Source: Mizuhopecten yessoensis
Taxonomy: Eukaryota
DNA length: 64,000 bases
NCBI RefSeq assembly: GCF_002113885.1
Contig: NW_018404940.1
Location: 286,146-350,145, forward strand
Reading direction: 5' to 3'
The notes beneath the pieces were generated by a model. It saw only the letters and a program-made list of their open reading frames with translations. It was not told the origin of the DNA and searched no databases. Both the position numbers and the translations under genes were made by a program. Shown here in pieces: positions 37,274 through 51,160 of this stretch (its first letter is position 1; each line of letters begins with the position of its first letter).

Positions 37274-38989
37274 AAATGACACAGCGGTCCCTTACTGCTA
37301 TCTCGGGTCATTGTTATTGGGATTGTAAAGCTCGAACTAGTTCTCTGTCGACATTAAGTCTAGCTTTGAAATATATTAGCTCGAGTCATGTGTCCATGGT
37401 GTGTGGCTGAAAATAGCTTATAAAGAATAGAACAGAAGCGAACATCGCATTCACCATTAGCACCAGAAGCTGATGTAACCATGATGGTAAAATGGACATT
37501 CCTTGCTAGAATTTGAAATGCAGCCAGATCAAAAACAGTTAAAGCAGTTCTAAAACAACTCTTTCATTGAAATTTCTCAATGAGTGTTAAAGAAAACACA
37601 GGCGACGTAGGAGTTTACCAAACTGAAAGCCGAAACAAATGTGAATGTTGGAGTATCTTTTCATAGGGTTGTAGTTTAATGTAAAAAAACCTTAATGGTT
37701 AGTATTTGGTGATTTTTGTATAAATAATGACCGTAAATTCACATTCAAAGATAATAATTGTTGCAAGAAAGTTATTTTTGTATATCTGTAAGTCTCAATA
37801 ATGTATATGTATGTATTTCTTGACCATGATTTAATCAGATCGAAGAATTCCTTTAAACGTCGTCTGAAATGCACCTTTTGTTATTCGTTAATAAACACCT
37901 ACAGTAATGGTAGTCGGGCACCAACACAACTGTCATTTCATCTGGTGAGCTAGCACCATCACTCTGAATGGTTTAATCTACCATCGAGAAGTTGCACATA
38001 ACGTTGTGCAGTAACAAAGCTAGAGTTGATGATGTCCCATAACACTGTGTAATGATTATAGAGTGTATGTTATGACAAAATAAGGATATATAAATAACGT
38101 CAAATATGATTTTATTCCAGGTCTCTGAGAACAAATACTAAGTTATTTTTTATCTTTTAAAATAAGCATAGAGGAAACTAAATAAAAAGTAGTCTGAGGA
38201 TTTCCCTGAGATTCCTGTTCTAAATATTCTGATGCGCTCATTATTGTAAGATGTGTTTCTATGTGTAACCATTACACAAGCGACGTCTTCAATGATAAAC
38301 CACGAAACAGTATTGTAAACACATAAATTGACAATCAAAACTGTATTAAGGTTGTATATGTTTATTGATAAATTTTAACAACACTTGCTAAAATGTTCCG
38401 TTTCAGTTCGCTTTGGTGATAACAAAATTACGATAAGAGCCTGAACATTATTTACAACGAAGAAAAACGATATTAAACAACTTTTGATATAAAAATCAAA
38501 CTTTGTTTTTCAATGTATGAAAAGTAGTTTCTAATGAAATCTGTTATTTTATAATTTAACTGCATATTGTCGAAAATTCACCAGACATTTTACGATTTGG
38601 TATGATCGCCGTAATATGTTTAAGGAATCTGAAGTTTTGTTATAACAACTTTAGGTATCGTTGACTTTCAGTGTTGGATGTCAATTACATTATTTTCCTT
38701 TATTAAATGAAAACTTTAGTGCATATCAATATAGTGTGTGGTTGTTGATCTTCTGTGTATCATATACACAATATGCAATACAGCTTTCATACGATCATTT
38801 GTATATAACACGTGACCTTCTGATCGGTGAGAAGTAAGGTATTGCTTGTAGAGTCACTTTTTGATTTCAAATAATTTTATGTAACGTGTTAAACAGTGAC
38901 TCCATACTAAAACATAGACAAACATTTAAGATAAAAAGATATACAATAATATACAACGTACAGCTCGAACGACGAAGAACTTGTGTATA

Positions 38990-40100
38990 TACATACATGA
39001 ACAAAGTAAAATATATAAATGTTCCAACAAACAAAGTAGAACACATAAATATACAAAAATAAACAAAGTAGAATATTTAATTTTACAAACATAAACAAAG
39101 TAGAACATATACTTTTACAAACAAACAAAGAATATATAATTATTAAATATAAACAAAGTAGAATATATGATTTTACAAACAAACAAAGTAGAATATATGA
39201 TTTTACAAACAAACAAAGTAGAATATATGATTTTACAAACAAACAAAGTAGAATATATGATTTTACAAACAAACAAAGTAGAATATATGATTTTACAAAC
39301 AAACAAAGTAGAATATATGATTTTACAAACAAACAAAGTAGAATATATGATTTTACAAACAAACAAAGTAGAATATATGATTTTACAAACAAACAAAGTA
39401 GAATATATGATTTTACAAACAAACAAAGTAGAATATATGATTTTACAAACAAACAAAGTAGAATATATGATTTTACAAACAAACAAAGTAGAATATATGA
39501 TTTTACAAACAAACAAAGTAGAATATATGATTTTACAAATAAACAAAGTAGAATATATGATTTTACAAACAAACAAAGTAGAATATATGATTTTACAAAC
39601 AAAGAAGAGTATATAATTATTAAACATAAACAAAGTAGAACATATACTTTTACAAACAAACAAAGAATATATAATTATTAAATATAAACAAAGTAGAATA
39701 TATGATTTTACAAACAAAGAAGAATATATGATTTTACAAACAAACAAAGTAGAGTATATAATTATTAAACATAAACAAAGTAGAATATATGATTTTACAA
39801 ACAAACAAAGAAGAATATATGATTTTACAAACAAAGAAGAGTATATAATTATTAAACATAAACAAAGTAGAATATATGATTTTACAAACAAGCAAAGAAG
39901 AATATATGATTTTACAAACAAACAAAGAAGAATATATGATTTTACAAACAAAGAAGAATATATAATTATTAAACATAAACAAAGTAGAATATAAGATTTT
40001 ACAAACAAACAAAGTAGAATATATGATTTTACAAACAAACAAAGTAGAAAATATATATAATTATTAAACATAAACAAAGTAGAATACATATTCAAAGTAG
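38990..40100. repeat. 30-bp AT-rich satellite with compound flanks
   Basis: (ACAAACAAACAAAGTAGAATATATGATTTT)n, near-perfect x15 at ~39150-39600. Variant units with ATAATTATTAAAC lie on both sides. Confidence 0.97.
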
Positions 40101-42324
40101 AAGATATAAATTTACAAACGTATACAAAGATGAAGATATGTACAAACACCATTTCAATTTATACAATTGTATATACAATATTTTAGGTAAAGGGTACCTG
40201 TGCTCCAGCTGTAATCGCGAAAGTGTTTTTTGAACTTCGAATATTCTCCCATAAAATGGTATATTTATATATGTGTACACATGTTTTATAAATAAACAAA
40301 AATCGGGTTAGAGTTAATTCCCTAGCACTACTAATACACTATAGTACATTAACGAGTTATAAATGCACGGAATGGCCCTATGGTGCAGTTGATTGTTTGC
40401 TTTGTTTGGCTTTCTGAATTGACAACCCAAATGCTAAACAGGTGCTTCCCTACTTCATATTTTTAGTAATGAATAGCATTTTGCAAGTAGGGTTCGAGTT
40501 TGATACCTGTAGTTTTACTTATTTGTTCTTCTTTTGTTAATATATATTTTTGTTTTAAAATTTCAAACAACTATAACTTCCTAAAATGCGTATGAAACAT
40601 TTCCGTAGAAATGGATTTCAAAGACTAAATAATTCATGATAATGACCAACATACATTATTACGTGATGGTACTCTTTACCTAAAGCATCGACTTGTATTA
40701 TAAGAACTGTTATAAAAATAATCATTAGTACACTTAAAAGGTCGAAAAAAAACTTAATTCGAATTTATTTTTCACCATCACGTTTCCCATTGAGACTGTT
40801 TAAACTGTTCCGGTTTAAGTATTTCCATGTTGTGTATCGTCGGTGAAGTAAACTCCACAGGAATCGTCACTCCGAGGTGTCTCATTTCCTTGTTTTTAAT
40901 CTTATTTTAATGTACAAATTTAGGGTTGATAATATACTGTATGTCACTGTTAGAAAATAGCAAGGTACATTTGATACAGCCGCTATTTTGTGTATGTTCA
41001 TTCTTAGGGGAACAACCATAAATATGTATATTATACATGTTATATTGATGGAACTTTAGGTTGCTTTAAGATTTTTTAAATTTTTATACAGACATCATTC
41101 ATGTATGGTACCAACGTTTTCTCTGATTTTTTAATTTGTCCGTTTTCAAAGGAATATGGAGATAAATAAACTGTATTGATATCTGAAACCAGTAACACCA
41201 ATTATCCAGCCATCAATATTGATTATAAGTCCACCAGTTTCTCACTATACAGTAATGTGATCAATCATAAAACCAGAAACAATTCAACCTAGCAATGCAA
41301 GTCGCTATACCAATATATCACCGTATTAGTAGCAACCGTAAGCGTCTTCTCATCTAAGTGTTAAATATCATGTCCCACATACAATTTCATTACAGAGAAG
41401 TTCATCTCGTGCCATGCTATATATAATATAAATTCACATTTTGCCAACAATCAAAATGGAATATTTAAATGTTCTGGCCATTTTGTATCAAATGTTCACA
41501 GAACACGTTGTTAAGTTACTTAACACAATTCCAGTCTATTCATATTTTGATTGTACAACGTTGTTCATTTTCGTCTGTTTGATGTTCCTTTTGTCATTTC
41601 ATGAAAATATGTTTTGTTTGTTTAATAATAGATTTTTCACCAGTAGAGACATTAGAGTTTAATATTCATGCAGAAACAATTTCAGTTATATGAGTATGGT
41701 AAAAGTAAGTTAGAAAGGTTGTTTTTAATACATGTTGCACATTCACCTACACAAAAATTTAGATCCCCCAAGCTGAAACCAAATATAAGTGTTTTGTGAA
41801 ATTGCATAATTTTATGCCAAAAATTGTTAGTTAAAAAAAAACCATTCTTATTAATTAATAAGTTATTTAATTATTGGCGAATTCGCGAAGTTTAAATGAA
41901 AACAATTTGTTCTGTCGGTTATATTATATCACATACCTATCAAACAATGTTTTATTCGTTTTAAACCTTTCAACAAATAAAATATCATGACGATCAAAAT
42001 GTGTTGGTGTCATTTTTAATGGTGTAACACAATAGTTTCCAGTGGCGGTAAATAGCAAGAGGCCAAAACGACCTCCATCACTCGACTGTTTTATGGACAT
42101 CCGGGAGAGATACACTTCCTTTCCACAACAATCAATTCCTATGAACCAAAGATGCTTCATATATGATCCGTATACTTGATATGACGGAGGGGATCCCAAT
42201 CGTTTCCCTGTTCTGATTCAACGATTACGTCCCCAATGGCAGATTAAATTCGTGAGGGGTGGGGCAGTCATGGAAGCATAATTCAACAGGTTCCATATAT
42301 GATTATTGAGTTAATATAGAGCTA

Positions 42325-42795
42325 TTTTCGGCCTGACTGCAACGTAATCAGGGCTTATAGATTGGCGATTCCCGTCCGGACGTCTTTCCGTCTGTCTGCA
42401 CTAACTATAAGGTTAAGGGGAATGGTTCAGCTCCGTTTCCAAGTTATGAATTATCCCACAACTTCGATTGCATGGCTTATGTATCTAAGGATGCTTATCA
42501 CATGCGATGCTTCGGATGCTGGTTCTGACCTTCAGTTTCCGCTTCAGTGGCCTGGTCAAGAAGATTGGTTAATGTCAGTTACTAAGTAACTACTTGTACA
42601 TTAATTTAACGGATGCTGCTTCAGACCTACATTTTCCGCTTGACCGACCTGGTTAAGATTAGTGACTAAGTAACTACTTGTACACCAACTAAGCTTGCAT
42701 GGCTTCTGTATATAAGGATGCTAATCACATGTGATGCTTTGGATGCTGCTTCTTACCTATATTTTCCGCTTCACTTTGGTTAAGAAGATTGGTTT
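42325..42795 (+). mobile_element. 5' part of a Helentron/HINE-type element with internal tandem units
   Basis: TTTTCGGCCTGA..TCAGGGC hairpin, (CGTC/TGTC)n tract, then repeated TTGCATGGCTT..GGATGCT..TTTCCGCTT..AAGAAGATTGGTT..TAAGTAACTACTTGTAC. The same unit resumes at 44362-44415. Confidence 0.65.
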
Positions 42796-42799
42796 AACT

Positions 42800-44360
42800 A
42801 TGATAAAAGATTAGTGAAACTTATGTCAATTATCAAAATTTGGAGTAGAAGAATATTAACACTAAATCTTTATTAATATCCCAATTTAATCATCTATTTA
42901 GCTCCTTACCAAATCCAAATGTTTATTTTATTAAAAAAATAAATTCAGAACTTTTTAATATGGAAAAGTAAAGTAGAAAAAACAAAACGGGATATAATTA
43001 GCAAAAACTATCAGGAAGGGGGTCTTAAAATGATACACATCAAGTCTTTTATTGAAGCCTTGAAACTAACTTTGATACGTAGATTGTTTACGTCAGGGGG
43101 TAAATGGCAAGTAAATGGCAAGTGTTATCTAAAAAAAATAGCAGATAAAGAAGATTGTATAAGAGAGATAAAAAAAAACCTCCAATACAAGTAGAATGAA
43201 AATGCCTATACAAGCAATGGTTTGAAAATGGTGTTATATTTATAAATGACTTATTAAAAGATAATAGGTCTGGTATTTTTTATAGTTTTATAGAATTTTC
43301 ATATAAATTTGATGTAAAAACTAACTTTTTCACATATCAAGGTATTATTAATGCTATAAAAACTATATATCCAATGATTATACTTCAAATACTTTGATTA
43401 GTTATCCATACGTACCCTGAAATTTAAAAATATGTATGAAGCATAAAAAAGGAACCCGAGATTTTTATAAGTTGTTGTGCCAAAATAGTACCATATCCAC
43501 TGGGAAAAATAAATGGAATGAATTGTTTGAAATTGATGATGACACATGGAAATTGATATACATGATTCCTTTTACAGTAACTAGAAATTCAAAATTACAA
43601 TGTCTCAAACACAGAATAAATCAACACATTTTAACAACAAACCCCTATCTTCTTAAAGCAGCTTTTACCTTTAGTGCTCTTTGTTTTCAATGTAAGACAG
43701 AAATAGAAACAATAATTCACACACTATGGGAACGTGAAAAAGTACAAGACTTTCTGCAAAATTTTGAGTTCCTTCTTGATGCATTGTTAATCCCATTTGG
43801 TTTTAACAAGGAAACCTTCAGTTTCGATCTATTTAATCAAAATAGTATCAGTAGTAGGGTAGATAATATTATAATTCTAATTATAAATTATAAAACAATC
43901 TATTTATAAATCGAGATATTTACAAATGTCATTGTCAGAAGTTGCACTTATGAACCTTATCAAGGACACATTTCATACTCGGAGATATATTGCTGTTGGT
44001 AAAAGTGACCTATTTTTATTGAAATTTAATACTGAATGGGGAAAATGGGAAAGACTACTTGGTATTGCTTAAACCCTGTCTTTGTCAAAATATGTACACT
44101 TATCTATAGAATATACTTATATAAACGTGTACTTCTAAATATCTATGTAAAACTCCTTGAACTTTCCGACACATCTATATAGCGTCTTTGTTTCGCAACC
44201 CCCCTCCAAATAATAGAGAAGTACCATGGCCATATTTGCAGGTTATTATTATTGAATGTATAATGAATGAATGGTAATGTGTGAGAGTAATAATGTTTAT
44301 GTATGATATATTTGCATTGTTATAAACTTGGGAATAAAATACAAAAAAAAATCCAAAACA
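42800..44360 (+). mobile_element. 5'-truncated, decayed L1/Tx1-clade LINE (ORF2 C-terminus, 3'UTR, A-rich tail)
   Basis: Frameshifted peptides ISQFNHLFSSLPNP, KNYQEGGLKMIHIKSF, and ORF 43436-43909 with a zf-RVT-like C..C...ETIIH.LWE. AATAAA at ~44333 followed by an A-rich tail. Confidence 0.85.
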
Positions 44361-44415
44361 AAGAAGACTTACCAAGTAACTAATTGTCCTACATCGACTA
44401 AACTTGCATGGCTTT

Positions 44416-45200
44416 TAATGTGGACACATCATTTGCAGGAATTTGCGTGTTGTTAGTGTGAGATCTCTTTCAGCTGCGCCCCCGTAATGGACAAATGGAT
44501 ATTTCAAATTCCACAAAATGAATATAGTGTAATAACACAAAAACAATGGATAAACTTCATATTTTTCTTTGAACTAACATCTACTCTTTAAGTAGCTAGA
44601 GATTTACCAGCTGAAAAAACACACAATCTCAGATAAACTATTGCTATCAAAGTAGGTGGACATTACATGCTAGCACATAATGTTGACACCACTGATGGAC
44701 TAACAAATGGAGCACTGTGTAAGGTCATGAACTTTGATGCAGTTCCAGCAAATGTGATTTGGGTCAAGTTTGATGATTGTGATTTTGGTGTTAAATGCAT
44801 GAATAGTAAACGATGCTTATAGAATAGGCATACTGATCTACTGTATCTCATACACCATATTGACTATTGACAAACAGTTTCAAGTCGGAAGGAACAGAGA
44901 CATCCAGGTACTTCGCCGTCAGTTCCCATTAAAATTTTGTGCTGCCTTGACAATTTACAAGTCAGAAGGAAGTTCTCTGACTTTAGCAGTTGTTTCCTTT
45001 GCAGGAAAGCGTGCACCGGGACCACATATTGTATATGTTGCATTAAGTCGTGTTACTCATTAAGAGGGTCTACACTTGCTGGTCTTCAAACATATAAAGG
45101 TTGTTGCATCAGTAACAACAGAAATGCAGATAAATCTTGCACGCGCAAAAGAACAGCGTTTTATTTGCATATCGAATTAGCTAGGTCATGTCGCCTTATA
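44416..45200 (+). pseudogene. PIF1-family helicase remnant of a Helitron/Helentron
   Basis: SFAGICVLLV*DLFQLRP/V (motif III), ELT, NVDTTDGLTNGA, RRQFPLKFCAALTIYKSEGSSL (motif V), YVALSRVTH*EGLHL (motif VI). Contains stops, frameshifts and an internal deletion. Confidence 0.88.
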
Positions 45201-45240
45201 AGACAGCAAAACTTTACAGTTAGTTACATTTGACATGGTA

Positions 45241-45366
45241 GAATAAAAATAATCAACTTATGTGCGTGCGTGCCGAAGCGGCCTTCGTTAATTATTTTTA
45301 CCAACATTTTCTCACCCTCGTTATATATTCCACCATAATGCACGCACACATGTTGATTATTTATTC
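45241..45366. mobile_element. Small inverted-repeat-ended non-autonomous element (possibly Crypton-derived)
   Basis: GAATAAAAATAATCAAC.TATGTGCGTGC ... GCACGCACACATGTTGATTATTTATTC. Confidence 0.55.
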
Positions 45367-46149
45367 AATAACATACATTGGGCCCGGTAGAAACATCTAG
45401 GCTCTTTGCAGTGGAAATGTAAATATTTCCATGTAATAAACTGACACTGATTAATTCCGTATTGTTTTCTTAAAAAAGCAGTGTTAAGAATTTATGACAC
45501 AAAGTGATAAGCAATATAGTGTTGATGATTCCGTAAGATACATTCACCGGAAGTACTTTTCAATCGTAAACATAGGCTTATGTCAACGAAAATGGTTTAC
45601 TAAAATGGTCCATTTCGCGGAATTCAGGTCTCGGGCCATGGGACAATGAGCTGTATGTTAATTTGTTTATGTAACTTAATTGTGTGATTTTTGATAAAAT
45701 TGATTGTCATATGATTTGTTTTTCTCGAAAACAAACGGCCAACGGGAATCACTAAAATGAATTTGAAAATATCACAATACAAACCACAGTGTGTTAATAA
45801 AACAACTTTTGTTATTTCTGTCTATGTTCGATGTTCATGTTTTCTGAGTCGAAGTCCCGATGTTTCGATTTTTTCCCGATGGTCCCGCAAAGTTTGAAAC
45901 ATCGAAGTTTGACTTTAGTTTAAAAGATGGGAGAGGCAGAAATTTTATATTATTATCTAAAATGTTCCAGTTATTTAATGTAGAAGGTACGAAAGATTTT
46001 TTGTAGTAGAAAGTCGATAATTTGGAATTATATAGTTGTCTTTATTTCTTAAAGCATATGTATTGTTTTCACCTACTGAGGGGGGTAATTGACTTGATAG
46101 ATAGGTTGGAGTCATTTTCATGTTCATCTAATATAATAATTGAAGTTTA

Positions 46150-46995
46150 CTTCTAGCTTTTCTATCCGAAAGTAATTCTTATTTTGATTCGATATATAAA
46201 GATTCATTTTGGCATAGGATAGTAATCTAGTAATTGTTCTTGCTGCTTCACGCTGAGCTCGCTCTTACTTTTCTGAATCTAGTTGAAAGCATCCATCCCA
46301 AACCTCACACGCATATTCGAGAACAGGTATTATAAATGATTTGTAAATTCTTAATAGAGTATCACGCTTTAACATATTTCACTAATGTGATCAGGCTATA
46401 CTGAAATTAAAAAAAAAAAATGTCAATCAAAAATTAAATCAAGCTCTTAAAACAACCTCAGTTTGGTTGGATTAAAAGTAACAAGCCAAGTTTTTGCCAA
46501 CTTATTTAGTTTTTCTAAATCTCTATTTAAAATGAATTATATTTCTCGACATGTAGCAGAAGATTTTTTGAGAGAAGTATCATCAGCAAATAGACGTACT
46601 GTTGATTCTAGTTCATCAGCTATATCATTTATATAAATAAGAAAACGAAGAGGCCCGAGAATTGAGCCTTGGGGAATTCCGGCCCCAATCATACCGAACT
46701 ATTAATAGATACTTTTTGTTGTCTATTACTTAAGTAGTTTTTTAACCAGGACAAGAAGTCACCCGACATACCATATGGTTTTAATTTGACCAGTAGACCT
46801 TTATGCCTGACTCTGACAAAGGCTTTAGAAATGTCACTGAATATCACACAAGTGTGTTTCTTTTCTTCTAGGTCTAAACAAAAGTTGTGATATATTTCTA
46901 TTAGTTGATGAACTGTTGAATGACCGGGCATAAAACCTGCTTGGTACTGATGAAATAAATCTTTTTCAAAAAAATAATTGTGCAATTGCTTAAAA
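46150..46995 (-). mobile_element. CR1/L2-group LINE reverse-transcriptase remnant
   Basis: [74 protein letters not shown], with stops and frameshifts. Confidence 0.92.
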
Positions 46996-47067
46996 AACAG
47001 GATAGTTGTAATAACATATAACAGAGTCTGGAAGCTTGTTGATGAACGCCAACATACTAATTGTGAC

Positions 47068-47460
47068 ACAGTCAGTGTTGCGACGTTGTGTAATTGCTTA
47101 CGTATATCGGGAATATCTCGGTGAATCCAGGAATACATAGATATGACCTTAAAGTCTCAACTGACCATTTATTATGAGGGGCTTATGGACCTTTGACAGT
47201 CAGTGTTACGACGTTGTGTAATTGATTACGTATATCGGGAATATCTCGGTGAATCCAGGAATACATAGATATGACCTTAAAATCTCAACTGACCATTTAT
47301 TATGTGGGGCTTATGGACCTTTGACAGTCAGTGTTACGACGTTGTGTAATTGATTACGTATATCAGGAAAAGCTCGGACAACGTTGTGTAATTGATTACG
47401 TATATCGGGAATATTAATCCAGGATTACATAGATATGATCTTCAAGTCTCAACTGACCAT
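47068..47460. repeat. 128-bp tandem repeat x~3 between two divergent LINE remnants
   Basis: CAGTCAGTGTT(G/A)CGACGTTGTGTAATTG... at ~47069, 47197 and 47325. The third copy is rearranged. Confidence 0.92.
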
Positions 47461-47474
47461 CGATGCACGTAACA

Positions 47475-49190
47475 ATAGATTAACTGAATCTGTAATCTTC
47501 TCGAGGAAAAGGGAACTAAATCATCAAGATATATTATTTGGTAATGAAACTGTAACTAACAAACAAACTCATAAGCATCTTGGTTTAACTTTTAGTAGTG
47601 ATGGAAAATGGACATATCATATTGACAATATTTATGAGCTAGCTTATAAAAAGAATGAATATATTGAGAATGTTAAAACACAAATTGGATAGAAAAAGCC
47701 TTATAACAATAAATACCTCTTTTATTAGACCAATACTTGAATATGAGGATGTAGTATGGGATAAATGTAGTAACCAAAATAAAAATATTCTTGAGTCAAT
47801 CCAGCTAGAGGCATTAAGGATTATTACAGGATTGCGTAGAGGGACCTCTCATTGTAAGCTTTATGCAGAAACTGGACTTATTCACTTTGTTGTAGGCGAA
47901 AAGTCATAAATTAGCACTTATGTTCAAAATTTAAATAATGAATCGCCTAAGTACTTAGAAGACATCATTGAACCATACCTTCACAGCAATATAAATGTAA
48001 GATACCCACTAAGGTCCTCCTTTCTGTAGAACTGAGAATTATTTCAATAATTAGTTTCCCTCAAAGTGTAGAAAATTTAACCTTCTCTCTGCAGAAACTT
48101 TAAATGCTATTTCCCTTCAACAATTTAAAAATTTCATCAAGTCTGATAATATGAACAACACTGAAGAAATTGCTAGCACATTTAAATACTATGGGCCAAG
48201 AAAATTCAATATCATAATTTGTCAGCTGAGAAATCATGCTAGCAACCTAAATAGTGACTTATATATGGATCATCTGAATGACAAACCAGCATGTAGATGT
48301 GGACATGAAAATGAAAATGCGTTTCATTTTATATTTGAAAGCCCACTCTTTAACAACTGTAGAATGCAATTAGTAATAAAAATTTCTCAATTTGGTATAA
48401 CTGGTAATCATGATCATTTTAATATAAAAACTCTATTAAAGTGATGCTTGATATGCAGCGCTGATGTTAACATATCCATTTTAAAAAGTATATCTGACTA
48501 TATTTGTCAAACTAATAGGCTTGATATGTAATCTCACTCACAGCAAAACTTTACATTGAAAGTGATGCTATTATTTATAGTGTTATGATCACTCTGCTAA
48601 TAAGTATTGATACTGGTGTATATTTATCTTCACAACATCTCTGGTATTCGGCTGGACTGGATGGAATTTATGAGTGTACTATTTTATAACCTGTTCTAAC
48701 TATTTCAGAGATACATGAATATTCTATAGTGCCTTGTTAAATAAATTTTAAGAGAATCAACTCCAATAATATATAATGATAACTACATTTTCCTATATGA
48801 ATCCATATCATATTCTGAAATTTTACAAAATGTTTATTTCTTGGTAACTTATCCTATATATCCAGTGAGTGGATGGCCAATGTGTTTATACACAAGGTCT
48901 TTTGGGCCTGTATCCCTTGGATTTCATGTAGGATGGGTTGTCAATAAATATACATGATTTATTTAATTATTAATATCTAAAACATAAACAGAAAATGATT
49001 AAAGCAAAGTTGAAAATGTTCATTTCACAAGCTAAATTGGAGATATCTCCCCTGCACTGTTTAATTGGATTGTTATGACAGAATATATGTAATGTTTGTA
49101 AATAAGTTTAGAAAGGACTTAAATAGGCCTAGCCTGATGTCCAATCCAATTGACATATATAAAGTCAATAAAATCTGATGAAATGAAACA
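47475..49190 (+). mobile_element. 5'-truncated CR1/L2-group LINE (post-RT ORF2 C-terminus and 3'UTR)
   Basis: HKHLGLTFSSDGKW..HI, FIRPILEY..VVWD, LESIQ..A.RIITG, QLR...SNLN.DL....L...P.CRCG..NENAFHF.F..P. AATAAA at ~49167 followed by (TGAAA)-like repeats; the 3' boundary is approximate. Confidence 0.85.
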
Positions 49191-50779
49191 ATAGATTATA
49201 ATAGAGTAAAAATATAACCTAGAAAGGGGATAATGTGAGAGAACACAGCAGGACGGCTAGAGAAGATGTAAGAGGAGCAAGGGACGGCGGGAGAAGAGAC
49301 TAGAAGGGCTAGGAACGTTAAGAGACTGCACTAGGGTACAGATACCAACGACAGAGACCGATCCCAACCCTTGAGGTTACCAGAATAAACTTCTAACCAA
49401 CCATCAACCCTTGTCACTCGTGTTGTGTCACATAAAGCGTAGTCAGGAAAGAAGAGAAATAATTGTTTTTTTCCCTCTAGTGTCAGCTTTCAAAGGCTTT
49501 TTAGTTAAAGTTTGTTATCAAAACAATGAAAGTGACGACAAAACAAACCTATATATGGGTCGACAAAAGTGAACATAATCGGAATACGTACTTGTAAGTT
49601 TATGTATCCGGCAGTTTATTACTACACTTACTTGGTACCAACCTGACGCTTGGACCTAGGTCGCTTGGCCCTGCTTTGTCTTATCTTAACTCGTCTGGCT
49701 TCTCGTGCTCGAAAGAGAGATAGCACATCACATTAGTGCTATATAATGTACTGATTGTAGTATGTTTTGTCCTTGTGAAGTTCACAGTGTAGTATATTTC
49801 GATTCTCCCTTTGTAGACTTTTGTAACTGTCGGTCCGCCATATATACTCATCCGTTAGATAATATATGTCTAAAATTAAGTCGGCTCGAAACAATTTAGT
49901 AAGATAAAAGGTCCCATTAGGCTCTAACTAGGTACAACTTACAATAGATACTGTCATATCTCCTAACGTAAGGTCAGTATGTGTGGATAAAGAAACCATC
50001 AGACTTAGAATAAAGTACAAACAGTGTCGACCTAAAAGAGAAAAACGTTCCACGACTGAACAGCAACTATTAAAGCAGAATAGAGCGAAGAAAGCAGGAA
50101 ATATGTGATTGGTTAACGTGTTAAAAGACTTAATTGCAACCAGTAATGCTTGTATCTGTCACACTGAAAATGAAAGTCCAGATTTCTGATTAGTCAAGGG
50201 TGTTACTGTACTTAGTATTAATTTTAATTTGTGTGTAGCAAGCGGAATAACTCTAACATCAGGTTGTGTCTTATTTATAAAAGCCCTGCATAAAGCTACA
50301 TGTAAGTTAATTAAAGAGATCAATTTATAAATGTTCGAATGTTGACTGTTCACCAATAACTTCGCTTGCAATTATGATATATGCGAAGATAGATACATCG
50401 CTAAAAATATTTTCAATATCTGCACTTTTTCTATTTCGGGTTCCGTCACACCAAACTTACACTTCCATTTATACTGAACAGAATCCTTCCATCACAGAGA
50501 TGATTGGTATCAATTTCGATAAACTGCGCTTTGGGTAGACAACGACCTTCGTCTCGATGAACTACAAATCAGCTCTCATTTATAAAACTTGAGAAGATTA
50601 CCATTGTTTGGGGCACTTTCTAAGCATTACAATCGCCCTACTAGCCACATCAGTGTAGGGTACTTTTTAACGTTGACAGAAGTGCGATCATAAGGAAGGT
50701 TATGTGTGCTATGTACTGTTTGGCTCCATATCAGTTTTGGTCCAAAAAGGTTTCAAAATAATACAAATCGGTTTTGAGA

Positions 50780-51160
50780 TATTCTTCGATTTCTTGTGAT
50801 GTTTTGATGCCATCCTTTATAAGTTTTTTGTGTCTGTTGGGATGAGGATTTTTGGATGGTGCTTGGGTCTATTGCGACATAATGATGTATAGCTTTGTAG
50901 ATTCGTACGAGTGTGATTTGAAATCTACATGTTTTAATGAGGACATGCCCATCATGTATACTTTACTACAGAGTTTGTGGTACGTATATCTGTTGTGTAT
51001 CAGGCTGCTCTGCGCTGTATTTTCTCTATTCGGTTGATTTGGGTATAGCGCTGTTCGAGTCCCATATGAAGAGTGTGGGTCTGAAAAAAGGCATTGTTTC
51101 TTTCAGATCGTTTTAGAAATCCAAAAGATCTGTTCACAGGTATAAGCTTTGTCTGCCGAT
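50780..51160 (-). mobile_element. Heavily decayed CR1/Jockey-type LINE C-terminal fragment
   Basis: Manual minus-strand translation gives NRSFGFLKR..., RPTL..IWD, TQINRIEKIQRRAA*, IYKAIHHYVAID. Confidence 0.65.

Noticed and set aside
38907-40152. Long ORFs (250, 345 and 149 aa)
   Set aside because: Artefacts of a stop-free 30-bp satellite; open in several frames on both strands.
41924-42300. GC-richer, coding-looking patch
   Set aside because: The three + frames each contain stops and the minus-strand ORF shows no recognisable motif; cannot be supported without a search.
44416-45200. Cellular PIF1 gene
   Set aside because: Intronless, with stops, frameshifts and a deletion, embedded in a TE cluster; best read as a Helitron-type remnant.
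46150-48530. Single LINE with a twin-priming 5' inversion
   Set aside because: Both fragments contain the same F(I/R)P(V/I)LEY..VWD segment in diverged form, so they are two separate elements.
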